DNA of 64,000 nucleotides. It comes from Lama guanicoe. Taxonomy: Eukaryota. The number at the start of each line of letters is the position of its first letter. The stretch's first letter is position 1. The notes under the pieces are model-generated. The model was given only the letters and a program-made list of their open reading frames with translations. It was not told where the DNA came from and ran no database searches. Positions 1 through 12,625 of the stretch are shown here, one piece after another. The position numbers and the translations under genes are program-made. The stretch spans positions 5,381,078-5,445,077 of the forward strand of contig MU054001.1 in NCBI GenBank assembly GCA_013239625.1, given 5' to 3'.

Positions 1-29
1 GTGATGCCATCTGACCGTATTTTATTGTC

Positions 30-161
30 TGACTCCCCAACTAGATTGTAAAATCCATGAGAGCAGGAATGTTTGTCCAGTTCACTGTGAAATCCCCTGT
101 GCCCATAAGGACCTGCCATCTTGTTGATACTCAACAAATATTTATTAAAAATGAATGGATG
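30..161 (+). mobile_element. L2 LINE 3' end, split by an L1 insertion
   Basis: ctagattgtaaaatccatgagagcagg...tcaacaaatatttattaaaaatgaatg matches the L2 tail; the tgaa repeats resume at ~324. Confidence 0.7.
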
Positions 162-323
162 CTGCATAGGACAGGGAATCATATTCAGTATCTTATAATA
201 ACCTTTAATGAAAAAGAATATGAAAATGAATACATGTATATATGCATGACTGGGACATGGTGCTGTACACCAGAAATTGACACATTGTAACTGACAATAT
301 TTCAATAAAAAAATTTTTTTTAG
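162..323 (+). mobile_element. 5'-truncated lineage-specific L1 3' end
   Basis: L1 3' UTR (tatatgcatgactgggaca...gaaattgacacattgtaactgac) with AATAAA/A tail; TSD TGAATGGATG at 152-161 and 324-333. Confidence 0.85.
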
Positions 324-394
324 TGAATGGATGAATGAATGAAGTAGGAATTGTACCCAACTTCTTCCTGAACACATTGTGGTAGATTATTATA

Positions 395-815
395 GTAATG
401 GTCCCCATGAAACATGTCTCCCTGTATCCTCAACCTTGCATAGGCCCCTCCCACCTTGAATCTGGGCTTGGCCATGTGGCTTGCCTTGGCCAACGGAACA
501 TTAGCAAGAATGACCAGAGCATAATCTTGTACAATGGGGCTTGTCTTCTTTCTCACAACTTTTGGAAAATAGCCACTATGTTAAAAAAAAAAAAGTCCAA
601 AATAACTTGCTGGGAAAGTGTGGCTCAGCTGACAGCCAGCACCAATCACCAGATACAAGACCACTCAGCCCCAGCCAAGCCACTACATGACTGCAGCCAC
701 AGGGGAGACCCTTATCAAATTGGTATCTTACAGAATCACAAGGAAGTAAATGGCTCTAGTTTTTAGCCACTAAATTTTAAAGAAGTTTCTTATAGAACAA
801 TAGATAACTGTTATA
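395..815 (+). mobile_element. MaLR MLT1-type LTR
   Basis: ccttgaatctgggcttggccatgtg...ttttagccactaaattt...caatagataact resembles MLT1 LTRs. Confidence 0.65.
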
Positions 816-3399
816 GCACTTAACACTTTGGTCCCTTCCATCCTGCACAACAGCAATTCCCAAACAACATTCCTCTCGTCTTCGTAGTAGTATTCAAACG
901 CAGGAGACCAAAAGATGTGACAAAACCCAACACCTTATGTCCCCATAAGTCATTGTGGCAGCCGATGCAAATTGTTTCCCAGAAACGGCCCCGTTACCCT
1001 AGCTGACCTTTGGAAAATAACCAGGGTGGCTTCAACACTCACTCTGCCCACCCATGCACAGGAACCAGAGAGGGAGAGTTCTCCTGGGCTCTCTTAGGAG
1101 CCCCCGGCCAGGGAATTCATAGTCTTTTCCGAGAGGAAGTGAAAGAGTCTGGGGCAGGCAGCTCCAGCAGCATGAGCCCCTGGTCAGCATGCCCCAGAAC
1201 TCACTCAGTGCCCCCTGTGACTTCAGAAGTCCCCACCCAGAGGGCACTGCTGGTTTTGTTGGGACCTGCCATGAGTTTCTCCCTCAGTCCCCTAGGTCCA
1301 TGCCACCCCCTCCTTCCAAGCTGAGATGCGCCTGGCAGTACTCACTAGGGAAATCATACTCCAGCATCCTGACCCCATGGAATTAAAAACCTGGCCTGCC
1401 ACGTTAGCAAGGGTGAGTGGACAGGACTGAAGATACTGCCTTAAACACACATAATCCTGGCTCCGCCAGCCCCGGGGAAGGTGTAATTAAGGTGCACAAG
1501 AACAGATGTGGCCTCATTTTGCACAGGCCACCGACTCCAGAGCTTTTGAAGCCACGCCTCTGGGGGCCCAACAGAGCCTGCCTTCCCTGTCTGAGACCAG
1601 TTCACTTCCAACACAAGCACTCAAGGTCTCGACTTCAATCATGTGTACTGAGTAAGAAATGTCTGGAGGTGGTAGATGTCCACACAGGGAAACCTTATGC
1701 CCCTCCCAGGTCCTGCCCAGCCTTTTCCCCACAAGAGTTCTCCAGCTCTGTGAGATGGCTCTGGACCCACCCAGAAAAACCTCAGGCTTTCTCCTGCTCC
1801 TAGAACTGCCCAAGATAAATGCTACTCTCCCAATCAGAAGTCAACCCAGAGGCATTCAGAGGTATTATGAAGTAGCTAACTTGAAGTAGCTAACTATGCG
1901 CTGGTTTAAGGACAAGAAATTTTATATAAATCGTGAAATTCCCAGAGTCTCTTGAGTTTGGCAACAATATGCCTGCTTGCAGAAGTTAACTGGAGTTGAG
2001 TAATGGCTACACCCCGGTCACCACTGTCCCCGCTACTCCACACTGGATGCACATACCTTGCTCAGTGGAGCCCAGTGGCATTTTCATTTGGGCCCTAAGT
2101 AGATGCAGACACGTGCTGCCCAGATGGCCCAGAAAGGCTGGCTGCCCAACTGCAGAGAGTGTGGCCAGCAGACATTCAGGGTCCACCTCAGCTGCAGGGA
2201 GCTGCGTCATCTGCAGTCACACCCCACCCAGGGCTGCCAGTGTCACATCTGGTGACTGAGTGAGGTGGGGACAGAAAGGCCCGGCCAGGCAAATCTCACA
2301 GGCAGCATAGGTCTCTTGGCTGGGGCTGGCCACTACTCGGTCAGGCCACCAATGCAGTTTGACTTCCTCCTCTGCTCAGCCCCGCTCTCTTCCCCTTCAC
2401 TTCCCAGAAATTGGTCCCTAATCAATATCTCGTACCCCCAAACTCAGCTTCAGGAAAGACTAAGCTGCATGGGGGAGCTAAACGGAGGCTCAGACAAGCA
2501 GACTTCTTCAAGGTCTCCTAAACAGAAAGAGGCAGAGTCATGGTCTCCTGGCTCTGAGCGTGGAGGCCTGTCAGGAAAGTTCCTCCTGCAAATCGCGGCA
2601 GATCCAACCTTCCCTCTATGACTGCAATAGAAAAAAAAGGTGTATTAGATTGATTTCCCTCAAAAGTGGAGCCCAAGACACAGATGTGGGTGCAGGTGTG
2701 GTCAACTTGGGAGGTGATTCCAGGAAGTGGGAGGGAAGGCGCAGAGAGAATGGCAGAGCAGAAGGAAAGTCATTTAAATGGTGTGTTTTCACAACTGCCA
2801 CCATGCACAACCAAGGCCAGAGTCCACCAAGATCTCTGGGTAGTGTCCAGACCACCTCCCAGAACTGTCCGCCTGAAGGATGGCTCCTGCTCCAGGTGGT
2901 TGAGGGTTGCCCCAGACAGTAACCACTCACTCCTGGGCTCTGAGCATGGGCCAAGATGGTTCCACATTGTCAAAGAAGACCCTAGGGACAAAATGTGGAA
3001 AGTCATACTTGGCACAGGGAAGCTGGCAATAGGTGATTATAAGAATAACACACAATAGTAAAATTATTTACAAGATCTGGAATCAGCATAGAACAGAGAG
3101 TTCTTAAATCTGGCGTTAAGGAAGATGACAGAAAGGAAGCTACACAAAGGAGTCTCTGAGCAGTGTTTTGAAGGATGAATAGGAGTTAACTACATCAGTA
3201 AGGCAGAAGGCTCAACCTGGAGGCAAGACTGCCTCTAGTCTGTTTGGAGTGCTAGAAGTATTTTGGTATTTTCAATGCATAAAGATCAAAAAGAAAGGGG
3301 CCAAGGACAGAATTGGTGAAGAAGGCAGGAGCCAGACTTGAGATGCTCTAAAATCATTCCAAATAATTTGAATTTTTGCCCAAAGGGGTCTTTTATTTT

Positions 3400-4100
3400 T
3401 ATTTTTTAATATCATCCGGTAAAATTGACTGTTTTCTTTTCTTGTACTATTCTATGGATTTTAACACATGTATAGAGTCATATAACCACCACCATAATCA
3501 AGATACAAAACAGTTCCATAACCTCAAAGTCTTCCTTTACAGTCACATCCTCTCCCCACCCACCCTCGCCACTTCTAACCCCTGGCAATCACTGATCTGT
3601 TCTCCATCACTATATTTTTGTGTTTCTACAAATGTATAGAATCCTATAATATGTAATTTTTTTGAAATTGGTTTCTTTTACTCACCATTATATCTTTAAG
3701 ATTCATCCTGAATCAGTAAGATGTTGCCTGGATCATAGTTAACCCTTTTCTCTTGTTGCTGAGTAGTATTCCACCATCATATGGTTGTTTATCTGTTCAC
3801 CTGCTGAAGGTCGTTTGGGTTGCTTGTGGTCTGGGGCAATTATGACTCAAGCTGCAGTAAACATTTGTGTAAGGGTCTTTGTATGAACAGACATATTTAT
3901 TTCTCTAGGAAAAAACCTAGGAGTGGTATTGCTGTGTCACACTCTAAGTGTACATTTATATTCTTAAGGAACTTCCAAACGGCTTTCCAGCATAGTGGTG
4001 CCATCTTGCATTCTCAGCAATAACAAACGTTTTAGGGTTCCAGTTGCTCTGCATCAGCAGCAGCACTTGACTGTGTTTACTATGTCAGCCATCCTAACAG
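3400..4100 (-). mobile_element. Old L1 (L1M) 3' region
   Basis: Antisense L1 motifs: accaccaccataatcaagata, ttgctgagtagtattcca, aacttccaaacggctttcca. Confidence 0.75.
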
Positions 4101-5169
4101 ATGCACCATGGTTTACCCAGTGGGTTTTAGGCAAGAAAGCGACATGCTCAAATCTGGGGGAGGGGGAGACTCAAGGCAAGGAACCATTTAGAAGAGTGAT
4201 GCAGTCGTGTAGACAAGAGATACTGGTGATGGACAGTGTGCTAGCAATAAGGATGGAGTATTGGGGAGAGCTACTCTGGAGAAGAATCAGAAGGTCTTGG
4301 GGTTGAGGAGAGGCATCTAGGATGACTCAGCAAGACCCCAAAGTCCCACAGAGAGAGGAAGCTGGAATGCCACTGTGAAGAGTGGGGTTAGGTTGGGGGG
4401 TGGGAGGGAGTGGTGCAGCCTCCCTCCCTGCTGGCTGTGAAGCCCTGCACCGATGATAACACCAGACAGCTTGGCTCCATTTACTCAGAAAAATTAATGT
4501 CCTGCTCCATGGGGGGAGACGTATCTATCTGCCAGGCCGAGTTGGTAAAATTATAAACCTGCCAATAGCCTGCATTCTGGGAATGACCTATGCTGGTTGT
4601 AAACACGGATGCATATGTCCCGATAGTGAATCAGACAAAGAGGACCAAATGTGAAGCTGTTGGGGAAGGAAGAGAAAAAAAAGGGGGGGGATTTTTTGAG
4701 GGATTTTTTGAACTCCTGCAGAGTTCTCCAGTAAGTTCCCTTCTTCTCATCTCTGTAGCTCCCATTCTTTTCTAAGAGCCCCAAATATTATAACTTACTG
4801 CAAAATTTGGAGCATCTTCTCACCCTTGCTTTTCTTTGAACTTCACAATAACTCTAGTATTATTATCCCACGTTTCCATTGAAGGTTCAGAGAGAGTAAA
4901 TGACTCGTCTAAGGTCAAGCATCAGGTCAGCAAAGACTTGGTTTCAGAATCTTTGGATTCCACACCCAGAACAAACTTCAGCATGCTTCTTCACTATCTT
5001 TTGTTTGGGAAAAGACTTCCAACTCAAAAGTAAACTGGATGTGGGAGACTCTCCGGGCATCACAGCCTGGTTAATCTGTGTGTAGAATTGGTGGCTCCCC
5101 ACCCCTGACCCCAGCTTTCTGGAAACTGTTCCTCCTGCTTTCTCCCCTTATGGTTACAGCCGCCACGTT

Positions 5170-5630
5170 TGCACAGTGGCGTCCACTCTTCTCAAGCTAC
5201 AGCTGATTGGCCCACAGTAGACACCTGACCCTAGGTGAGCCAATCAGAGGCCCTCCCCTGGGAACGTAGCGCTGTGACTGAGAAAGGGAGAACCGAGTCT
5301 CTGGAGGGCTTCAGCATGTGACCTTGACCATGTCTTCCACTGCACAGAATGAGAAACAGAATCCACAGAAGAGAGAAGACAGAAGCTAACATCCAGGGCA
5401 GATCAAAGAATCAGAGATAATGAGGGGTAAGCTGTTAGGAGCCTTCCAGAAAGGAGGCTCCACGGAAGCTGGCTGTGGGATCCTGGAGCTTGTCTGGTTC
5501 TTGGATTTCCTGAGGCTTGGTGTTCAGCTCTTCCTGGGACTTCGTGAGAATCTCTAATCCTTCTAATAAACACTGGCCCCTGCCTTTTTTTTCTTTTCCT
5601 CCTTAAACTTCTCAGCATTGGTTCATGTAC
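5170..5630 (+). mobile_element. Ancient ERVL/MaLR-type LTR remnant
   Basis: gctgattggccc...gagccaatcagag...aataaa...ccttaaactt layout typical of old LTRs. Confidence 0.45.
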
Positions 5631-7924
5631 TTTGGGGAGGGAAAAAAGAAAAGTTGGGAGTACACAGATCCTCTCCCTTTCCTTTTCATAACTGATCATT
5701 ATCTGAAAGTATCTCCCATACTTGTTTATGGTCTGCTTCCTTCACTTGACCGTCAGCTCCCTTAGAGCAGAGGCCTTGTCTTTCCAAGTTATGCCCCCAG
5801 AGCCTGGCCCTGTGCCCAGCACACTGTGGGCTCTCAAGACATAATCACTGAGCAAATCCATAAATGAATGAATTGGGTGTAGAGGCCCTTAGAAATCATC
5901 CAGTCCTCCTGCCTCCGTTTATAGAGGAAAAGTGAGGGCTGAAGGAGGAGGGTATTGACAGAGGGCCCTCAGTGAGTCTGCAAATGACCCGGGACTGGAT
6001 ATTAAGCCTTTTGAGTCTCTGTCCAGTGTTGGAGGAATAAGCTGCCCAGACATTGCAGGAAGAGCCCCAGGTGCCAGCCGGTCCCTGAGTACTTGGCACT
6101 GGGCTAAAAGCTTTCTGGTGATGGCTCATTTAAGCCTCACACATGCCTGGAAGGGGGGTCTCCTGACTCCCATTTTGCAGATAAGGAAAAGGAGCATTGC
6201 ACAACTTTCTCAACGCCACACATTAGGAAGTAGCAGTACACCTTTCCCTTGTCCCTTTGCCCATAATCTTTACCCTTTTTGCTTCAAAATCTTGCATGTA
6301 CCAATGCTCTTGTGCTGACTCTAGCAACTTAGGACCTCCCTCTCCATCAGGACCATTTCTTCCTTGGCCACACACCCAGACAATGATGCCTCTGTCTGAC
6401 CTGTCAAGATGTATCTGTCCCATGTCCCATACCCTTGAATCCTTGTAGTCTGTGACTCCACCTAAAAAGTGAATCTGCCTAACACAGGCACATTTGCTAA
6501 GGTGGCAGTGACTGGGAGAGGTTGGTGGTGACTCTTTAAAGAGGTCTCTGCACTGTGACACGGGACTTAAAGGTCCAGCCCCTCCTTCAATCATGGGAAT
6601 CACTGTCTGAGATGGGATCCAGCACTGTGTCAAACCAGGGGGTGATGCTTTGAAGCTGGAGGCCTTTGGGTCCCATCATATCATGCTCTTTGGGTGACGA
6701 TTTATTCCGCCTCAACAGATAGTCCATCTTAGTCACTGGGACACAGGAAAGAGCTTGAAATGGGAAAAAAAAAAAAAAAAGCATTGGACCTGGGGTCAGA
6801 AGATCTGAGTTCAAGGCCCAAATCCACTCCCTGCCAGCTTTGAGACTGGGGGTTACTTACTAGGTTTCTGTGAATGCAGTGTAGCTTTCAAAACAAATTG
6901 GGGTGGGGGGTGAATAATAATAATACCTTCCAGGAGCATCGTCCAGAAAAACTCTCATAATAAAAAATAAATGGGAAATAACTGCTGTAGACTCTTTGGA
7001 CATTTATTCACAGCATTTACTATGAGCTCTTACTATGAACCGGTCCTGTGCCAAGTGTGGAAATCAGCCCAGAGCCGCTGTTTTTTCTGACTTTGAGTTT
7101 GAAAAGGCAGAGACCAAAGCTTTCCTGACGAGTGCCCTGGACTGCGGGATTAAAGAGACCATCCCAGCAAAGGTTAATTGGTTCAATTTATTGGCCACTA
7201 AAAGAGGAATTTCCACTTGACAATTAAGTCTGCAAATATTGTACAACCTTATAGAGTGTTTTTCTCCAAATTGATGTGTTCTTTTTCATGTAATAATCAA
7301 TTAGTGGGTGTTTCAGCTGCTTAATTAGCTCTGCATGTAAATTAATCTCTGCATATTGAAATTGCAAACCCAACCTTGTAACGCTGGCTTGTTTCTGAGA
7401 TAAATCAAATTACTGCAGCCCCAGCAAAGGCTCTCAGTTTTGAGGGTCACCAAAAGCCAGCAAGTTTCCTTTGCCACCTGAACGTAGGGGCTTAGGGAGG
7501 ATTTGGAGCATAATAGCCAGGCTAATTATATTTACCCATAGAGAGGACTCCGCGTCAGTTCTTACTTCTGCTCTTAGGCAAAGCTGCTTGTTGAATGATT
7601 AAATTCTCTGAGCCATTCAGGTCTCATGCCCAAGCCTCGATATTACTGAGGAATAAGAGATGTGTATCCCATTCCCCAGGAAGAGGTGAGAGCTAGCAGG
7701 TGAAACCCATTCCCTGTTTTATTAAGGAGGGTGGCAGGTAAAAACAAAGGCAGATTCATGATTAGCTCTGACTCCTCAATCCAAAGAAGATTCCACCTCC
7801 TCCAAGAAGCCTCCTCTGATCACATCCAGTGGCAGGGACCTCTCTCTCTCTCCAAACTCCTCTTACCTAAGGAAGTCATCCCCCAGCTCTCTGGGGTTGC
7901 AAGCTGTGAGGTGGGCTCATGGCA

Positions 7925-8115
7925 TAGACGAGTGATTTGGAATCAAAGAGACCTGGGTTCAAATCCTGACTCTGCTGTCCATTCACTGTGTGGCTTTGGA
8001 CAATTCCAGTACTCTCTTTACATGTCAAAAAAGGGCAATGTTATCTCATCTCCTCACACAGCCCCAAGGAGGCTCAGACAAGAGCAATGTAAAAACCTTT
8101 TTGTAAACTGTATAC
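7925..8115 (+). mobile_element. MIR SINE
   Basis: ggaatcaaagagacctgggttcaaatcctgactctgc...tgtggctttggaca MIR core. Confidence 0.7.
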
Positions 8116-9764
8116 AAGTATTGTTTATTTTTGTGTTTCATGTTATTTTCTTGCATCTTTGCAAAGCAAAGACTGAGTTCTTTCTTCCCTCTTGGGTCCC
8201 CCACGATGCCCAGCATGGCTGAGTGCTCAGGAGGGCACAGGAAGATGGGACATATGGCCTTGGACAGCCTTCCTTGGAGTTTTGTTGCCTGGTCCCTGAA
8301 CTCCCACTTGGTTTGGTTTCCTGTGGGTATTTTGAGAAATACAGAAGTTCTGTCTCTGTAACTTCTAGATTCCTGGGGCTGTGCTGATGGGCAAGGGAGG
8401 CCTGGGCTCTGCCTCCGTCATCACCTTGTAAACGTGGCCAACAAAGCCAAGAAACGGAGACCGAGCCTTCGACCATCTGAGTCAAGAGAAAATCTATTTG
8501 GGGGCCAGGATCATTTTATTGGTCACCCACAGGGATCCAGTCCCTGGAGGCCTGGCCAAAAAGCCCATGGGCTCTGTACTGAGTCTCTCAATGATGCTGA
8601 GGATTCAGGAATTCTTCTCAAACTGCAGTGACCAATGTTCCCAGACAGGCATCTTCTGAGGCCCACCACTCAGGACTCAGCCAAAGACACCTTGGATTAG
8701 GGTTATGGGGAAGGATCTATCACCACAATGGGAAAGAGAGCTCCTCCCTGAGGCAGGGACCCCTTCTGTCCCAGAACACTCAGCACGTCTCTGACAACAT
8801 AGTAAGTGTTCAGTAAAAACTTTTAAGAATAGGGGTGGGGAGGTGGAATGAGCACAAATGAAGGAATAAGTGAAACCACGAATACCTAAGAATAAAGGAA
8901 TTTATGAGTAAACAAATGGACAAAAATGAAAGAATGAAGAAAGGAATGGATTTTAATATGCAGACAAATACATGAGGGACTGGTCTCGGTCAAGAATATA
9001 GGGCCCAGCCCTCCTGCTCACACCCTTACCTTCTGCACAAAACATTCTCCCTCATCTCGTGGGTGGCCCTCAGAGCCACACAGAAATGGGATCATTTTTC
9101 TGTTCCATTAAGGAACCCCTTCATCCTTAAGAACCCAGGATGTGTTTCATGTCACTGAGAAATTTATTTTCACACATCTTTATCTGCTTCCTGAGAATAT
9201 GGAGTGTTTCTACAGCCAAGGGTTATGAGCGTCTAGAATTTTCACCCTCACCTGCCAGTGCCATGGTGCGAGCAGAACTTCCCAAGGGGCCACGAATTCC
9301 AGAAACAACCATGAAGGGTCTCTGTGTATGCTCTGATGACCCAAAGCAACATTTATTTAGGAAAAGTAACTGAGGACTGAAGAGTTTCACCTGAAACACA
9401 GGAAAAGTGAAGACTCTTCCTCCTCAACTGCCAATTTCTCTCCTCATCTTGGAACTGAGGTCTCCCCGACTCTGGGTCCCCAAAGCCTGGTGCTGATGCT
9501 GCACTGTAGAACTTAGCACAGGCTACTGAGAATTCAGCTAAGGGAAGTGGTGACGAGCTGGCCTCGCTTACAACGAGAGCTGCTAGAAGGACCTGGCAGA
9601 CATGACCCAGAGTGGCCAGCCACACCCGCTGCACAGGTTTTCTGCAGAAACCATATGCAATGAAAATTGTTTTCTGTCATATCCTTCACTATCCTGCTCA
9701 AGGACAGGATGCACAACCTGGCCTCTTTTCTAGTTGCTAACTAATCAGTTTACCACCTCCTCTC

Positions 9765-9785
9765 CACACACACACACACACACAA
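9765..9785 (+). repeat. (CA)n microsatellite
   Basis: Direct CA run. Confidence 0.9.
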
Positions 9786-9920
9786 CCCTGACAAATGCTA
9801 GCAAGATTCAGTGTTCCCAGACTCACTGCTGATTTCTTTCTCTTCCTCCTCTCCCTCCTCTTTTGTATAAATCTTTTTTTTTTTTTTGGCAAAAGTCCAC
9901 TGACTGTTTTCCCCTTGCTG

Positions 9921-10033
9921 GGAGGACCAGCCATCTCATTTTGCCTGAGCCTGAGGGGGTCCCTAGTATGCTAAGGCCTTTCAGTTTTAGCAGTGAGACA
10001 GTCCCAGACTAACGTGGACAAGTTGGTCACCTC
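9921..10033. mobile_element. MER81-like hAT MITE
   Basis: Degenerate terminal inverted repeats (ggaccagc...agttggtcacct) and internal tttcagttttag...acagtccc. Confidence 0.6.
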
Positions 10034-11439
10034 ATTACTTGCATGGGAGAATATTTGTGTGAAGAATACCTATCTCTAAGTTATTCCTTGAAATCACCTA
10101 ACTTGTGGTACCCTTGAAACACTTACATGCATCCATAAAGTGCTCAATCAATATGAACCACTATTATGATTTTTGTTGTTGTTAGGTTCTGGTTGTTCAG
10201 TTACACCCTCACCCCCACCCCAAAGGTATCCCACACCACCCTCCCACACCCACAATTCAGCAACGTGCCCCATAGTGTGTTGGTGATGAGTCAATGGCAC
10301 CATTTTACTTTAACAAAATTGACCGGGTTCCTACCACACCCCACACGCAGTGCTAGGCTGAGATTCAATAGTGAACTCTGAACACACTGCTCTGCCTGCC
10401 TGAGGCTCACAGTTGAGTGTGGGAGACACACGTTGGATAAATGACCCCCGAGTAATATCGTCTATTACACATCATGGTAAGAGCCAAGAAGGAGCTGCCG
10501 GGGATGCTGGGAGGGCACAACACTAACTGGGGTTGGGACTCAAGCCAGGCCTTTCTGAGGAAGTCACATTTAAATTAAGACCAAAGCATGGTGGAAGTTA
10601 AGAAGACAAGAAGTCAATTGCCCATTGGGGAGATACATACTGCCCTGCAAGTTTGGATTGTTCCTCGAGTTCTTATGATTAATGAACCAGAAAGTCTACT
10701 TATTATAAGCAAAGCCTATAGTAAAACTGTACAAAGATTTTCGTGTACCATACATCAGTTTTCCACATTCAGCTGCTTTGTGAGAATTGTCATGTACACA
10801 ACCAAGCAACTGTGATGCGTACAAATCTAGTTTGATAGCAGAGCTGATTATAAAGAGTCTGTTGGCACTCAGCACCTTTCTCGGGGGCTCCTGCATGAAT
10901 TAGGACCCTGAGCGTAGAGGGAAGAGTGTGAGAACCTGGGATGGAGACCAGATTTCCCCTTCATTAACAAGGTGCCCCCTGCTGGCCAGTATGCTCTCTG
11001 GGCTTCCCATTCTCTGTCTGTAAATGGGGACAAGGATGATGCCTGTTCGTGCTCAGCTGCCTTGCAGGGTTTATATGAGGAACAAAGATTAAAGCCCTGG
11101 AAAACATTTCCTCTCTCTATCTCTCCCTCCAAGTTATGAGCTACATCAGGACAGGAACCATGTGTTCCTAGAACGTAGTATCAGGAGTGTGTGTGGGGGG
11201 TGTCTGATAAATGGTTTGAAGAAGTCACATGGTACTAAGAGTTATGAGCAAATACAGAGGTTCTAGATGATGAAAGCTTAGGCTGGGACTCCAAGTCCTG
11301 CTCTGTTTCTAGTTGTGTGAACTTCTACTGGTGACAGGCCACTCTCTGCCTCAGTTTCCCCCAGCAATGTGGTGGGAATATTAATGCCCACTTTTCAAGG
11401 CTGAGTTGGAAAATAAAGACAGTGGAAATAGAGGGACAA

Positions 11440-11919
11440 ACCACATATATACAATGGAATACTACTCAGCCATAAAAAAGAATGAAATAATGCCATATGC
11501 AGCAACATGGATGGAGCTAAGTCTATCATCATACTAAGTGAAGTAAGTCTGACAGAGAAAGACAAATATATGATATCACTTACATGCAGAATTTTTAAAA
11601 TGATACAAATGAACTTATTTACAAAACAGAAACAGACTCACAGACATAGAAGACAAACTATGATTACCAAAGAGGAAAGGAGGGAAGGGCTAAATTAGGA
11701 GTTTGGTTTTAACAGATACACACTACTATATATAAGATAGATAGACAACAAGGCCCTACAATGTAACACAGGGAACTATATTTAATATCTGGTAATAACC
11801 TATAATAAAAAAGAATATGGAAAAGAATATGTATAACTGAATCACTATGCTGTGCACCAGAAACTAACACAATATTGTGAATCAACTATATTTCAATAAA
11901 AAAAATACCTTTTTTTAAA
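11440..11919 (+). mobile_element. 5'-truncated L1 3' end
   Basis: atacaatggaatactactcagccataaaaaagaatgaa...tcaactatatttcaataaaaaaaa; TSD GAAATA(G/A)AGGGACAA at 11425-11439 and 11920-11934. Confidence 0.9.
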
Positions 11920-12149
11920 GAAATAAAGGGACAAGCCTACTGTCCAGGCCTGACTTTGTAGCCATGACTCAAAATAATCCAAGCCCTTTCCTGCCTAAGT
12001 GCCTTTGTACATGCTGTTCCCTTTGCCTGCAATGCTATTCTTCCAGCCTTTTGTACATCTGGTCCTACACATCCTTCAAGACGATGTCCTCAGGTGGGCC
12101 TTTCCTAGCCACCTCACTTCCACAGGACTTCTTCTATAACCTCTAATCG

Positions 12150-12430
12150 AAAACTCCACTACAAAACTTAGCAGTTAAACAAAACAAACGTCCAATATCT
12201 CATAGCTTCTGTGGGCCAGGGGTCTCACTGTGCTTAGCTGGGGTCTCTGTTTCAGGATCTGTCCCAGGCTAGAATTGAGGGGTTGACTGAGGCTGCAGTC
12301 ACCTCAAGGGTCAACCCGAGAAAGAGCCACCTCCAGCTCACTTACAAGGCTGTTGACAGGACTCGGGAATTTGCAGGTGTTCCACTGCAGCCGTGGGTTC
12401 CCTGCCACGTGGGCCTCTGGTAGGGCTACA
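12150..12430 (-). mobile_element. MaLR MLT1-type LTR fragment
   Basis: aaaacttagcagttaaac...tatctcatagcttctgtgggccagg...ggctgcagtc. Confidence 0.6.
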
Positions 12431-12444
12431 CGTGGCAATTTTTT

Positions 12445-12625
12445 CTCTTGTTAAGCAGAGAAAGATTTATTTTTGGGCTGAGCAAGGAGAATGGGTAGCT
12501 CATGCCCCTCAAAACCCTGAACTCTCCAAAGGGTTTCAGCTGAGCATTCTTGAAAGTCAGCTCTTTAAGAATGGGGGTGGGGGCACCTCAGGGCTTATGA
12601 TCAACTGTGGACAGTTCTATTAGAG
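12445..12625 (-). mobile_element. ERV1-class LTR fragment
   Basis: tttatt...gcaaggagaatgggtagctcatgc...ctgaactctccaaagggtttcag resembles antisense ERV1 LTR U5/R. Confidence 0.55.
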
